Source of the DNA: an uncultured Actinomycetes bacterium
GTDB taxonomy: Bacteria; Actinomycetota; Thermoleophilia; UBA2241
Length of the DNA: 64,000 bases
Direction: 5' to 3'
Assembly: GCA_963767005.1 (NCBI GenBank)
Contig: CAVYCN010000002.1
Span: 480,001 to 544,000 of the forward strand
Shown here one piece after another: positions 28,416-37,629 of the stretch. The position numbers were made by a program, and so were the translations under genes. The notes below the pieces were generated by a model that had not been told where the DNA came from, searched no databases, and worked only from the letters and a program-made list of their open reading frames with translations. Positions within the stretch are counted from its first letter, which is position 1. Every line of letters begins with the position of its first letter.

Positions 28416-28805
28416 TCAGGTCGTCTGCGTCGCCGCCAGGTAGTCCTCGAGGAGCGCGGCGGCGGCGCGCGCGTCGAGCGCCCCGGCGCCGCCGCGGCGC
28501 TGCGCGATGGTCGTGGTGAAACGTTCGTCGTACAAAACCACGGGCACCTCGAGCCGGGACGCGAGCAGCGCGACGAAGGAGCGCACCTCGCGCGCCTGTC
28601 TGTGCTCGTGCCCGTCGAGCGACACCGGCAGACCGACCACCACCCGGGCGATGCCGTGGTCGCGCACCAGAGCCTCGATCTCGGCGAGGCCGGCGCCGGC
28701 GCGGGCTCGCGCCACGACGGTCAGCGGGCGGGCGAGCGTGCCGGTCTCGTCGGACACGGCCACACCGGTGCGCGCGACCCCGTAGTCGAGCGCCAGCAGC
28801 CGCAT
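28416..28805 (-). CDS. ruvX: Holliday junction resolvase-like protein RuvX/YqgF
   Basis: LALDYG..RTGVAVSD, VVGLP, DERFTT, DA.AA..LLEDYL; follows alaS. Confidence 0.93.
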   Translation of the reverse strand: MRLLALDYGVARTGVAVSDETGTLARPLTVVARARAGAGLAEIEALVRDHGIARVVVGLPVSLDGHEHRQAREVRSFVALLASRLEVPVVLYDERFTTTIAQRRGGAGALDARAAAALLEDYLAATQTT

Positions 28806-28807
28806 CC

Positions 28808-31456
28808 TCAGGCTCCGAGGAGCTCCCGCGCCCGGGCGAGCCCCGCTTCGAGGGCGGCGTCGATACCGGCGACGTTGCCGCCACCGCCGCGCGCCAGCGT
28901 GGGCTTACCGCCGCCGCGGCCGTCGATGGCCGGCATCATGGCGGCGAGCACGTCGTTGGCGCGCAGGCCCCGGCCGACGAGCGCGTCGGTCACGGCGACC
29001 ACGACCGCGACGCGACCGGAGGTAGCCGACACCAGGGCGACCGCCGCATCGGGCCGCCGCAGCCGCACCTCGTCGGCCAGCGCCATCAGGTCGTCGGGCT
29101 TGGCGGCCGCCACCTCGCCGGTCACCAGCGTGGCGCCGGCCAGCGGGACGGCGCCGGCCAGCAGCTCGTCGACCCGGCCGCTGCGCTCGCCACTCTGGGC
29201 CACGCGCGCCGCCTCGCGCAGGTCGCCGATCTCGGCCACGCGGCGATGCACCGCGTCGACGACGCGCTCCGGCGACACGCCGAGCTCGACGGCCAGGCCG
29301 GCTTCGCGGGCCTCGATCGCCCGGTAGTGCTCGATGGCGGCGGCCGAGGTGATCGCCTCGATGCGCCGCGTGTTGGCCCCGACCGACGTGCTCGCGGTGA
29401 TCTTGCAGAGGCCGATCTGCGACGTCGACGAGACGTGCGTGCCGCCGCACAGCTCACGGCTGAACTCGTCGATCTCGAGCACGCGCACGAACTCGCCGTA
29501 CTTCTCCTCGAAGAAGGCGAGCGCGCCGAGCTCGGCGGCGTACTCGCGCGTCGTGACGAAGGGCCGCACCGGGTGGTTCTCGACGATACGCCGGTTCACG
29601 AGGTCCTCGATCTGGCGCAGCTCGGCCACCGTGGGAGCGCGCCGCGTCTTGTAGTCGAAGCGCAGGTGGTCGGGGCGCACGAGCGAGCCCGCCTGGCGCA
29701 CCTCTTCGCCCAGCACGATGCGCAGCGCGTTGTGCAGCAGGTGCGTCGCCGTGTGGTTGCAGGCCGTCTGATGGCGCCGCACGGCGTTGACCATCGCCTT
29801 GGCGCGCTCGCCCTCGACCACCGTGCCCTCAGCCGGCACACCGACGATCACCTGGTCGCTCTCGAAACGGACCACCTCGACCACGTCGAGCTTGCCGGAG
29901 TCGGTGTGGATCCAGCCTGTGTCGGCCACCTGGCCGCCGCCCTCGGCGTAGAAGGGCGACTCCTCGAGCTTCAGGGCGACGCGGCCGTCGGACAGCGCGC
30001 GGGCCGCCCGCACCATGGTGTAGACCTCGAGGCGCTCGTAGCCCACGAACGTCGTCTCGAGTGCCGCCGTGTCGCGCTGGAACGCTTCGACCTCGCCGGG
30101 GCCGGTCTCGCCGCCGCGCTGGGCGGCGCGGGCGCGCTCACGCTGCTCGGCCATGAGGCGCTCGAAGCCGGCCTCGTCGACGCCCATGCCGCGGTCCTGC
30201 GCGATCTCGCGGGTGAGGTCGAACGGGAAGCCGTAGGTGTCGTGCAGCTCGAAGGCGACCTCGGGCGGCAGCTCCGCGCCTGAGTCGCGCGCCCGGCGCA
30301 GGGCCTCGTCGAGGATGCCCATGCCCTGGGCGAGCGTACGCGTGAAGCGCGCCTCCTCCTCGCCTACGACGGCGGCGATCTCGTCGCGGCTCGCCGCGAG
30401 GGCCGGGTAGGCGTCGGCCATGATCTCGACGACGCGGTCGCACAGGCGCGCCAGGAAGGGTTCGTCGAGGCCGATCGAGACGCCCTGCTGCACGGCCCGC
30501 CGGATGATGCGCCGCAGCACGTAGTCGCGGCCCTCGTTGCCGGGCAGCACCCCGTCCATGATGAGGAAGGCGATGCCGCGGGCGTGGTCGGCCATGGTAC
30601 GCAGGGCGCGCGTGACCGGCTCGCTCACGCCGTAGGTCTGTCCCGACAGGCGCTCGCCGAGCTCGATCAGGGGGGTGAACACGTCGGTCTCGAAGACCGA
30701 GCGGACGCCCTGGACGATCGCCGTGATGCGCTCGAGCCCCATGCCGGTGTCGATGCTCTGCGCGGCGAGCTCGGTGAGCTCGCCGCGCTCGCTCATCTCG
30801 TACTGCACGAAGACGAGGTTCCAGTACTCGAGCCAGCGGTCGCAGTCGCAGCCCGGGCCGCAGTCGGGCCGCCCGCAGCCGAGCTCCTCGCCCATGTCGA
30901 TGTACAGCTCGGAGCAGGGCCCGCACGGTCCGGTCGGCCCCGCGGGACCCCAGAAGTTGTCGCCGCGGCCGAGGCGCGCGATGCGCTCGTCGCTGAAGCC
31001 GTGCGACTTCCAGATCGCGACGGCCTCGTCGTCGGCCGGCACCTGGTCGTCGCCACCGAACACGCTCACTCTGACACGCTCGAGATCGATGCCGAGCTCG
31101 CGCGAGAATTCGAGAGCCCAGGCGATCGCGTCGCGCTTGAAGTAGTCGCCGATCGAGAAGTTGCCGAGCATCTCGAAGAAGGTCAGGTGGCGGGCCGTGC
31201 GACCGACGTTCTCGATATCCGAGGTGCGAAAGCTCCGCTGACACGTGGTCAGACGCCCGGACGGCGGCGTGTCGACGCCCAGGTAGTAGGGCTTGAACTG
31301 CTGCATGCCGGCGGTCGTGAACAGCACGCTGGGATCGCCCGCCGGCACGAGCGAGGCCGCCGGCGGAGCCAGGTGGCCGCGCGCGCTGAAGAACTCGCCG
31401 AACCTCCGGCGGATGTCGGCCGCCGTGAGCGTCGGCCCGTCGCCTTGCTGGGTCAT
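28808..31456 (-). CDS. alaS: Alanine--tRNA ligase
   Basis: FTTAGMQQFK, HLTFFEMLGNFS, DTGMGLER, FYAEGGGQ, HTATHLL, ELCGGTH, GGGKP. Confidence 0.98.
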   Translation of the reverse strand: MTQQGDGPTLTAADIRRRFGEFFSARGHLAPPAASLVPAGDPSVLFTTAGMQQFKPYYLGVDTPPSGRLTTCQRSFRTSDIENVGRTARHLTFFEMLGNFSIGDYFKRDAIAWALEFSRELGIDLERVRVSVFGGDDQVPADDEAVAIWKSHGFSDERIARLGRGDNFWGPAGPTGPCGPCSELYIDMGEELGCGRPDCGPGCDCDRWLEYWNLVFVQYEMSERGELTELAAQSIDTGMGLERITAIVQGVRSVFETDVFTPLIELGERLSGQTYGVSEPVTRALRTMADHARGIAFLIMDGVLPGNEGRDYVLRRIIRRAVQQGVSIGLDEPFLARLCDRVVEIMADAYPALAASRDEIAAVVGEEEARFTRTLAQGMGILDEALRRARDSGAELPPEVAFELHDTYGFPFDLTREIAQDRGMGVDEAGFERLMAEQRERARAAQRGGETGPGEVEAFQRDTAALETTFVGYERLEVYTMVRAARALSDGRVALKLEESPFYAEGGGQVADTGWIHTDSGKLDVVEVVRFESDQVIVGVPAEGTVVEGERAKAMVNAVRRHQTACNHTATHLLHNALRIVLGEEVRQAGSLVRPDHLRFDYKTRRAPTVAELRQIEDLVNRRIVENHPVRPFVTTREYAAELGALAFFEEKYGEFVRVLEIDEFSRELCGGTHVSSTSQIGLCKITASTSVGANTRRIEAITSAAAIEHYRAIEAREAGLAVELGVSPERVVDAVHRRVAEIGDLREAARVAQSGERSGRVDELLAGAVPLAGATLVTGEVAAAKPDDLMALADEVRLRRPDAAVALVSATSGRVAVVVAVTDALVGRGLRANDVLAAMMPAIDGRGGGKPTLARGGGGNVAGIDAALEAGLARARELLGA

Positions 31457-31510
31457 GCTCCTACCTCGCCTGCGTGCGTGTCGCGCGGGGCCCGGTACCG
31501 CCGCCGGCGG

Positions 31511-32506
31511 CTAGAGGGCGCCCTCGCCGATGTTGGCCCGCAGCTTCTCGAGGGCGCGGCGGATCAGCCGCGACACATGCATCTGCGAGATGCCGACGCG
31601 CGCCGCGATCTGCGACTGCGTGAGCCCTTCGAAGAAGCGCAGGTGGAGGATGTACCGCTCACGCGCGTCGAGCCGGGCGAAGCCCGGCGCCAGCATCGTG
31701 CGGTCCTCCATGGTGTCGTAAGCCTCTTCCTCGGTACCCATGTAGTCGATGAGGCCGGTCTCGTCGTCGCCGGATTCGCCATTGGGCGCCGCCTGCAGCG
31801 AGACGGAGTTGTAGGCCTGGCTCGTCTCGAGAGCCTCGAGGACTTCTTCGGGCGTGGCCCCCGCCGCCTCGGCGATCTCGTTGATCGTCGGCGAGCGCTG
31901 GAGCTTGGGCACGAGCTCGTCGATCACCTTGTTCAGCCGGATGTTGAGCTCCTGCAGGCCGCGCGGGACCCGGACCGACCAGCCCTTGTCGCGGAAGTAC
32001 CGCTTGATCTCGCCGATGATGTTCGGCGTGGCGTACGTCGTGAGCTCGACGCCGCGGGTGAGGTCGAACCGGTCGATCGCCTTGATCAGGCCGATCGAGC
32101 CGACCTGCACGAGGTCGTCGAAATGCTCGCCCCGCGACGAGTACCGCCGCGCCAGCGAGCGCACGAGCGGCAGATACATGGTGATGAGCTGGTCGCGGGC
32201 GCGGCGGTCGCCGTGCAGGTGATACCGGCGCAGCAGGAACTGGTCGAGCTTCTCGGACTCGTCGCGACCGCGCGAGGTGCGCGGCACGACGCGCGCGATC
32301 GCGTCGTCGCCCTCGACTTCGTCTTCGTCGACCTCGGCCTCGTCGTCGTCGTGCTCGTCGCGCTCCTCGTCGTCGGGCTCGTCGGCCTCGTCGTATGGCT
32401 CGAGCGCCTCGTCGTAGGCGTCGTCGGATGCGCGCGGACGCGGGTTCTCGTCGTCGTCGGGCGCGAACGACCCGTCGAGGGGGTCTATCGGGTGAGCGTC
32501 TCCCAC
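31511..32506 (-). CDS. SigB/SigF-family sigma factor with long acidic N-terminus
   Basis: DDLVQVGSIGLIKAIDRFD, YATPNIIGEIKRYFRDKGWSVRVPR, TQSQIA..GISQMHVSR. Confidence 0.95.
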   Translation of the reverse strand: MGDAHPIDPLDGSFAPDDDENPRPRASDDAYDEALEPYDEADEPDDEERDEHDDDEAEVDEDEVEGDDAIARVVPRTSRGRDESEKLDQFLLRRYHLHGDRRARDQLITMYLPLVRSLARRYSSRGEHFDDLVQVGSIGLIKAIDRFDLTRGVELTTYATPNIIGEIKRYFRDKGWSVRVPRGLQELNIRLNKVIDELVPKLQRSPTINEIAEAAGATPEEVLEALETSQAYNSVSLQAAPNGESGDDETGLIDYMGTEEEAYDTMEDRTMLAPGFARLDARERYILHLRFFEGLTQSQIAARVGISQMHVSRLIRRALEKLRANIGEGAL

Positions 32507-32514
32507 GGGACTCC

Positions 32515-32925
32515 TCAGGCCGCGCCGCGCCGCTTGGCAAACACGACGCAGTAGCAGTCGTCGGGGACCGCGCAGACCTCGACGGACCCGACTACGCCGT
32601 GCATCAGGGTCTTGAGGTCGAGCCCGACGTCGCCCACCCCGCCGGCGAGGCGGGCGCGCAGCCCATCGGAACGGAACGGCCCGGCGCTGACCGCCAGCCC
32701 GTCGTCGCCGACCTCGACGATGAGCTCGTGACGGGGCTCCTCACCGGAGCTCGCCGCGGCCCTGAGCAGCTCCTCGACCGCCACGTACAGGTCGTCGATC
32801 TCGTCGAGCGACAGGTCGACGCGCGCCGCGACGCCGCCGAGCACCATACGTACGACGGAGAACGCGGCCGGTGTGGCCGTCACCTGAAGACGGATGACGT
32901 CTCGCACGGTGCCTTCGCCTTTCAA
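32515..32925 (-). CDS. Degenerate RsbW-like anti-sigma factor
   Basis: VVRMVLGGVAARVDLSLDEIDDLYVAVEE resembles the RsbW N-terminus; directly upstream of the sigma gene. Confidence 0.7.
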   Translation of the reverse strand: MKGEGTVRDVIRLQVTATPAAFSVVRMVLGGVAARVDLSLDEIDDLYVAVEELLRAAASSGEEPRHELIVEVGDDGLAVSAGPFRSDGLRARLAGGVGDVGLDLKTLMHGVVGSVEVCAVPDDCYCVVFAKRRGAA

Positions 32926-33191
32926 CTCGCCGTACCTGCCTCGTGCGGCGCGGCCGCGCCCAGGGAACGATCGACCTGCAGACCGCGATCGCGCGCCGCC
33001 TGGAGACCGTCGCCCAGAGCGAGCTGCGCCCGGCGACGCACCTCGCCGAACCCGTGGCGCGCCTCGGACGGCAGCTGGCGCAGGACCTCGAGGTAGCTCT
33101 GGCCGGATTGCTCCTTGCGATCACGCACGTAGTACGCAAGCCCGGCGCCGGCCAGCGCCGTGCCGAAAAGGAGAGTCCCCCAGAGCCTCAC
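32922..33191 (-). CDS. Small membrane-anchored protein (YtxH-like)
   Basis: N-terminal hydrophobic helix then amphipathic helix; 4-nt overlaps with both neighbours. Confidence 0.6.
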   Translation of the reverse strand: MRLWGTLLFGTALAGAGLAYYVRDRKEQSGQSYLEVLRQLPSEARHGFGEVRRRAQLALGDGLQAARDRGLQVDRSLGAAAPHEAGTAS

Positions 33192-33832
33192 CCGCCGCTC
33201 ACCTCACTCGTCTCGTCGGTCGCCGTACCGCTCGGCGCACCCTCGGCAGATGCACCCGGCTCCGCGGCGGCCGTGCCCTGCGTGGGCCGACCGGTCGTTT
33301 CGTCACCCGACATACCCGCGGCGGCCGTCGCCGAAGCCCCGGCCGTCGGCTCGCTCCAGCCGGTGAAGGGCTGGCTCGCGGCCGACGCCGCCGCGCCGGC
33401 AGCGCCGCCGCCAGCATCGCCGCCGGCCGACTCTTCCGGCTCGGCGCCCCGATTGAAGAAGCTCGAGACGGCCTGCGAGACTCCGGCGCCGAACGCGGCG
33501 GCCTTGCGGGCCGGTACGCTGATCGCCGACTCGACCGCGCGCGTCGTCTGATCGACCTTCTCGGTGACATCGACCACGCTCGACATGACCACGTCGACCT
33601 TGTCGAGCTCGGCGTTGACCCCGTCGAGCGTCTCGGTGGCCTGCTTGAGCAGCGGCACCACCTCGCCGTCGACGTCGCCCAGCAGCTTGTCGGCCGACTT
33701 CAGCGCGCCGCCGAGCCGCACCAGAGCGTAGATCAGGCCGATACCGACGACGACCAGGAAGAACGCGGCGGCGTACCGCAGGGCCATCGAGGGGGCGCTC
33801 GCGGCCACGGTCAGCAGCAGTGGGTCAGTCAT
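33188..33832 (-). CDS. DUF948 (YoxC/YtxG-like) membrane protein
   Basis: TM helix followed by 'VVPLLKQATETLDGVNAELDKVD' coiled coil; RBS GGAGG before ATG 33832. Confidence 0.75.
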   Translation of the reverse strand: MTDPLLLTVAASAPSMALRYAAAFFLVVVGIGLIYALVRLGGALKSADKLLGDVDGEVVPLLKQATETLDGVNAELDKVDVVMSSVVDVTEKVDQTTRAVESAISVPARKAAAFGAGVSQAVSSFFNRGAEPEESAGGDAGGGAAGAAASAASQPFTGWSEPTAGASATAAAGMSGDETTGRPTQGTAAAEPGASAEGAPSGTATDETSEVSGG

Positions 33833-34941
33833 CGATGTCGCCTCCATCGCCGCGCGTGCCGGCCTCGGGTTTGCGCGCACACCCTATCACACCGTCACAG
33901 GCCTCGGCGGCGCCCGCGACGACGCCCCCGCCGACCACGACGTCGTCGCGGTAGAACACGGCCGACTGGCCAGGGGCGACACCGCGGAACGGCTCCCGCA
34001 GCTCGACCAGGGCCCGCCGCCCGGGCCGCCGCAGCACGCGCGCGACCCCCACCGCCGCCGACCTGTACCGCAGCTGCACAGAGAGGTCGCAACCGTCGCC
34101 CAGCCCGCGGTCGACGACGTCGCGCAGGGCGACCGCGCGAAGCGGCGAGGGCGTCGGCCGGGCCGACGACCACACGGTCACGCGCGACGTCGATCGCGAG
34201 CACGTACTGGGGGGCCGCGGCGCTCAGGCCGAGGCCGCGGCGCTGGCCCACGGTGAAGCGCCAGCAGCCGTCATGCCGGCCGAGCACGCGGCCGGCACGA
34301 TCGACGATCTCGCCGCTCCCCGGCGGCGCGCCGCGCGCCGCCAGGAACTCGCGATGGTCGCCCGGGGCGAAGCACACCTCCTGACTCTCGGCCTCGTCGG
34401 CGACCGCCAACGCGGCGCGCCGGGCCCGCTCGCGCACCGCCGTCTTGGTCAGCTCGCCCAGAGGCAGCACGAGCCGCGCGAGCGTCGCTTCGGGCACCCG
34501 CCAGAGCATGTACGACTGGTCCTTCGCGCGGTCGCGCCCGCGCGCCACGTAGGGGCGCCCGTCGAGCCACACCACGCGGGCGTAGTGACCCGTCGCCACC
34601 CAGGCGGCGCCGAAGCGGTCGGCGAGCGCGACGAGCCGGGCGAAGCGGCCCGGGTTACAGTCGACGCAGGGGTTCGGGGTCTCGCCGGCGAGGTAGCCGG
34701 CCACGAACGGGTCGACGACCTCGGCGGCGAAGCGGGGCTCGTCGTTCACGCTGAAGTGGGGCGCTCCGATGGCGTGCGCGCTCTCCCGCGCGCGCAGTAA
34801 GGCGGCCGGTGAGCAGCAGCTGCGTTCGTCGTCGCCGGGCCAGAGCCTCACGGTCGCGGCGCGCACCTCGTACCCGCCCTCGCGCAGCACGAGGGCGGCC
34901 ACGGCGCTGTCGACGCCGCCGCTCAGGCCTACGACGACGCT
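33825..34941 (-). CDS. mnmA: tRNA 2-thiouridylase MnmA; no own start codon, internal frameshift near 34140
   Basis: SVVVGLSGGVDS, TPNPCVDCN, ATGHYAR, KDQSY, SQEVCF, TVGQRRGL in one frame; QLRYR and VAPGQSAVFY..GGG in the next frame (33825-34181). Confidence 0.9.
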
Positions 34942-35342
34942 TTTTTTCCGAGCACCTTCGCGACGTCGTCGGCCCTGCCCGCCTTGGTCAGGTAGTCCTC
35001 GATCGCGAGGTGCAGCGCGTCGGCCGCCAGGTTCGAGCAGTGCATCTTCTGGGCCGGGAGGCCGCCCAGCGCCTCGGCGACGGCGCGGTTCGAGATCTCG
35101 GCCGCCTCGTCGAGCGTCTTGCCCATGACCATCTCGGTCACCATGCTCGAGGTGGCGACCGCCGCCCCGCAGCCGAAGGTCTTGAACTTGACGTCGGTGA
35201 TGCGATCGTCCTCGACCTTGATCGTCATGCGCATGACGTCGCCGCAGACGGGGTTGCCGATCTGGCCGGCGCCGTCGGCGTCGTCGACCTCCCCGACGTT
35301 GCGGGGGTTGGCGAAGTGGTCCATCACGAGATCGGTGTACAT
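34929..35342 (-). CDS. iscU: Fe-S cluster scaffold IscU/NifU
   Basis: DHFANPRNVG, GNPVCGD, FGCGAA, KMHCSNL. Confidence 0.95.
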   Translation of the reverse strand: MYTDLVMDHFANPRNVGEVDDADGAGQIGNPVCGDVMRMTIKVEDDRITDVKFKTFGCGAAVATSSMVTEMVMGKTLDEAAEISNRAVAEALGGLPAQKMHCSNLAADALHLAIEDYLTKAGRADDVAKVLGKKASS

Positions 35343-35346
35343 GCGG

Positions 35347-36504
35347 TTACCTCTTGACGTAGAGCGGGCTCATGTCGCGCAGGCGCGCGACGATGGACGG
35401 AAAGACCTTCAGGAACTCGTCGACATCGGCGTCTGTGTTCTCGCGGCCGAGCGTGAGCCGCACGCTGCCGTGGGCCTCCTCGGCGCGGTAGCCCATGGCC
35501 AGGATGACGTGCGACGGCTCGAGCGAGCCCGAGGCGCAGGCCGAGCCGCTCGACACGGCAAAGCCCTTGCCGTCGAGCTGCAGGACCATCGACTCGCCCT
35601 CGATGTAGGCCACCGAGACGCAGACGTTGCCGGGCAGGCGCTCGGTCGGGTGGCCCAGGTTGATCGTGTCGTCGATAGCCTGGACGATGCCCTCGGAGAG
35701 GCGGTCGCGCAGCGCCGCGAGGCGTGCCGCCTGCGTGGGCAGCTCGGCGACGGCGAGCTCGAGGGCCATGCCGAGCCCGACGATCGCCGGCACGTTCTCG
35801 GTGCCCGAACGCAGCCGGCGCTCGTGGCCGCCGCCGTGCAGGATGGGGCCGATGCGGGTGCCGCGCCTGATGTAGAGGGCGCCGATACCCTTGGGGCCGT
35901 AGAGCTTGTGGCCCGACAGCGAGAGCAGGTCGACGCCGAGCGCGCCGACGTCGATCGGCAGGGCGCCGACCGCCTGCACCGCGTCGGTGTGGAAGGCGGC
36001 GCCGTGCTCGTGGGCGATACGGGCGAGCTCGGCCACCGGCTGCAGCGTGCCGACCACGTTGTTGGCGAACATGATCGAGGCCAGGCGCGTGTCGGCGCGG
36101 AAGGCCGCGGCGTAGGCGTCGACGTCGACGACGCCGTCGCGGTCGACGGCGGCGAAGGTGCAGTCCCAGCCCTGGCGCATGAGGGCGCGGGCCGTCTCCA
36201 TGACCGCCGGATGCTCGACCGCGCTCACGACGAGGTGACCGGGCTCGAAGCGCTGCAGATAGCCGGTGAGGGCGAGGTTGTCGGCCTCGGTGCCGCCGCT
36301 CGTGAAGACGATCTCCTTGTCGGCCGCCCCCAGCGCCACCGCCACCTGGGCCCGCCCGCGCTCGACCGCGGCGCGCGCCTCGCGGCCCGGTGCGTGGATC
36401 TCGGACGCGTTGCCGTAGCGCTCCACGAAGTAAGGCTCCATCGCCGCGAACACGCGCGGGTCGACCGCGGTCGTCGCCGCATGATCGAAGTACACGTAGC
36501 TCAT
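35347..36504 (-). CDS. iscS: Cysteine desulfurase IscS/NifS
   Basis: YFDHAATT, YGNAS, FTSGGTEADN, SGHKLYGPKG, RSGTEN, SSGSAC; start re-called at ATG 36504. Confidence 0.96.
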   Translation of the reverse strand: MSYVYFDHAATTAVDPRVFAAMEPYFVERYGNASEIHAPGREARAAVERGRAQVAVALGAADKEIVFTSGGTEADNLALTGYLQRFEPGHLVVSAVEHPAVMETARALMRQGWDCTFAAVDRDGVVDVDAYAAAFRADTRLASIMFANNVVGTLQPVAELARIAHEHGAAFHTDAVQAVGALPIDVGALGVDLLSLSGHKLYGPKGIGALYIRRGTRIGPILHGGGHERRLRSGTENVPAIVGLGMALELAVAELPTQAARLAALRDRLSEGIVQAIDDTINLGHPTERLPGNVCVSVAYIEGESMVLQLDGKGFAVSSGSACASGSLEPSHVILAMGYRAEEAHGSVRLTLGRENTDADVDEFLKVFPSIVARLRDMSPLYVKR

Positions 36505-36914
36505 GTCGTGATCGCCTCCACCGAGAGTTCGTCGAGACTGATGTCGCCGAGCGCCCTGCTGATGGCGTCGTCGAGCCGGCGCCACACGCGTTGCGACGCG
36601 CAACTGCCGGCGCGGGCGCAGCCGCCCTCGTCGGGCAGGCAGCCGACCAGCGACAGCGGGCCTTCGATGGCCGTGACGATGTCGGCGACCGAGATGGCCC
36701 CGGCCGGACGCGAGAGGCGGTAGCCGCCGCTCGCGCCGCGCGTGCTGGCGACGAGCCCGCCGTCACGCAGGCGGGCGAGGATCCGTTCGAGGAAGGCGGT
36801 CGGCATGTCTTCGCCGTGGGCGATCTCGGTGAGCGGCACGGGCTCTTCGCGCGCCGCGCGCGCCAGGTAGATCATGGCGCGCAGGCCGTACTCGCAGCGG
36901 GACGAGATGCGCAC
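36501..36914 (-). CDS. Rrf2-family regulator (IscR/CymR-like, three Cys)
   Basis: YGLRAM, FLERIL, STRGASGGY.L, C-x6-C-x5-C. Confidence 0.93.
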   Translation of the reverse strand: MRISSRCEYGLRAMIYLARAAREEPVPLTEIAHGEDMPTAFLERILARLRDGGLVASTRGASGGYRLSRPAGAISVADIVTAIEGPLSLVGCLPDEGGCARAGSCASQRVWRRLDDAISRALGDISLDELSVEAITT

Positions 36915-36941
36915 GTGAGATGGCCTCCATGGCTCGCGGCC

Positions 36942-36994
36942 AATACCGACAGAAAAGGTCGGGATTATCGTACCACGCCGGCCGCGCTCGTCAA
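36942..36994 (-). promoter_or_regulatory. Sigma70-type promoter with IscR-like operator
   Basis: TTGACG-N16-TACGAT (36994-36967) immediately followed by AATCCCGAC-CTTTTCT-GTCGGTATT (CCGAC-N7-GTCGG). Confidence 0.75.
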
Positions 36995-37017
36995 ACGATG
37001 CTTGGGGTGCCGATGCG

Positions 37018-37045
37018 GCGACGCCGCCCGGAAGGGCGGCGTCGC
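37018..37045. terminator. 12-bp stem-loop
   Basis: gcgacgccgccc-ggaa-gggcggcgtcgc. Confidence 0.6.
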
Positions 37046-37070
37046 GCTGGTGACCGGGTGTCGGCGGGCG

Positions 37071-37622
37071 CTACTGGGCGAGCGCGTTCGCGACGACCTG
37101 GGACATGACCTTCTCGCTGATCCAGCCGGTGTACTCCTGGTACACGCTGCCGTTCGGCGAGATCACGACGAACGCCGGTGGCTGGGTGATCTTGAGCTGG
37201 GCGAGCACGTCGCCGAGCTCGGAGGCCTTGTGCGCCTCGAACGCGAAGAACGAGCCCTGCGCGGCGTACTTGGCCTTGACGTCGTTGAACTGGGTCAGCA
37301 TCTGCTGGTCGACCGTGCCGCCCGCGAGGTACACGAGCAGGATGACCCCGCGCTTCTCGGCGAGCGGGTTCTTGATGAACGACGGGATGTTGTTGCTCTG
37401 GCTCGAGATGGAGAGGGTCGGGTAGCCGGTGATGCCGTAGCTGCCGGCCGTGTTGTAGTTGCCCGACACCACCGTGCCGGTCGTTGTGGCCGCGGGAGCA
37501 TTCGTGGCGAGGACGATGCCGCCTGTGAGGAGGGCCATGATGCCCACACCCATGACGACGATCAGGCCCGCCTTGATAAGGAAGGACCGGTACGAGGGCT
37601 GGCCAATCATCTGCGCCTCCAA
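37071..37622 (-). CDS. Membrane-anchored hypothetical protein, possible Cys-less thioredoxin-like fold
   Basis: N-terminal TM; C-terminal 'LKITQPPAFVVISPNGSVYQEYTGWISE' resembles a thioredoxin C-terminal beta-beta-alpha; no CxxC. Confidence 0.65.
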   Translation of the reverse strand: MEAQMIGQPSYRSFLIKAGLIVVMGVGIMALLTGGIVLATNAPAATTTGTVVSGNYNTAGSYGITGYPTLSISSQSNNIPSFIKNPLAEKRGVILLVYLAGGTVDQQMLTQFNDVKAKYAAQGSFFAFEAHKASELGDVLAQLKITQPPAFVVISPNGSVYQEYTGWISEKVMSQVVANALAQ

Positions 37623-37629
37623 GGAAAAG

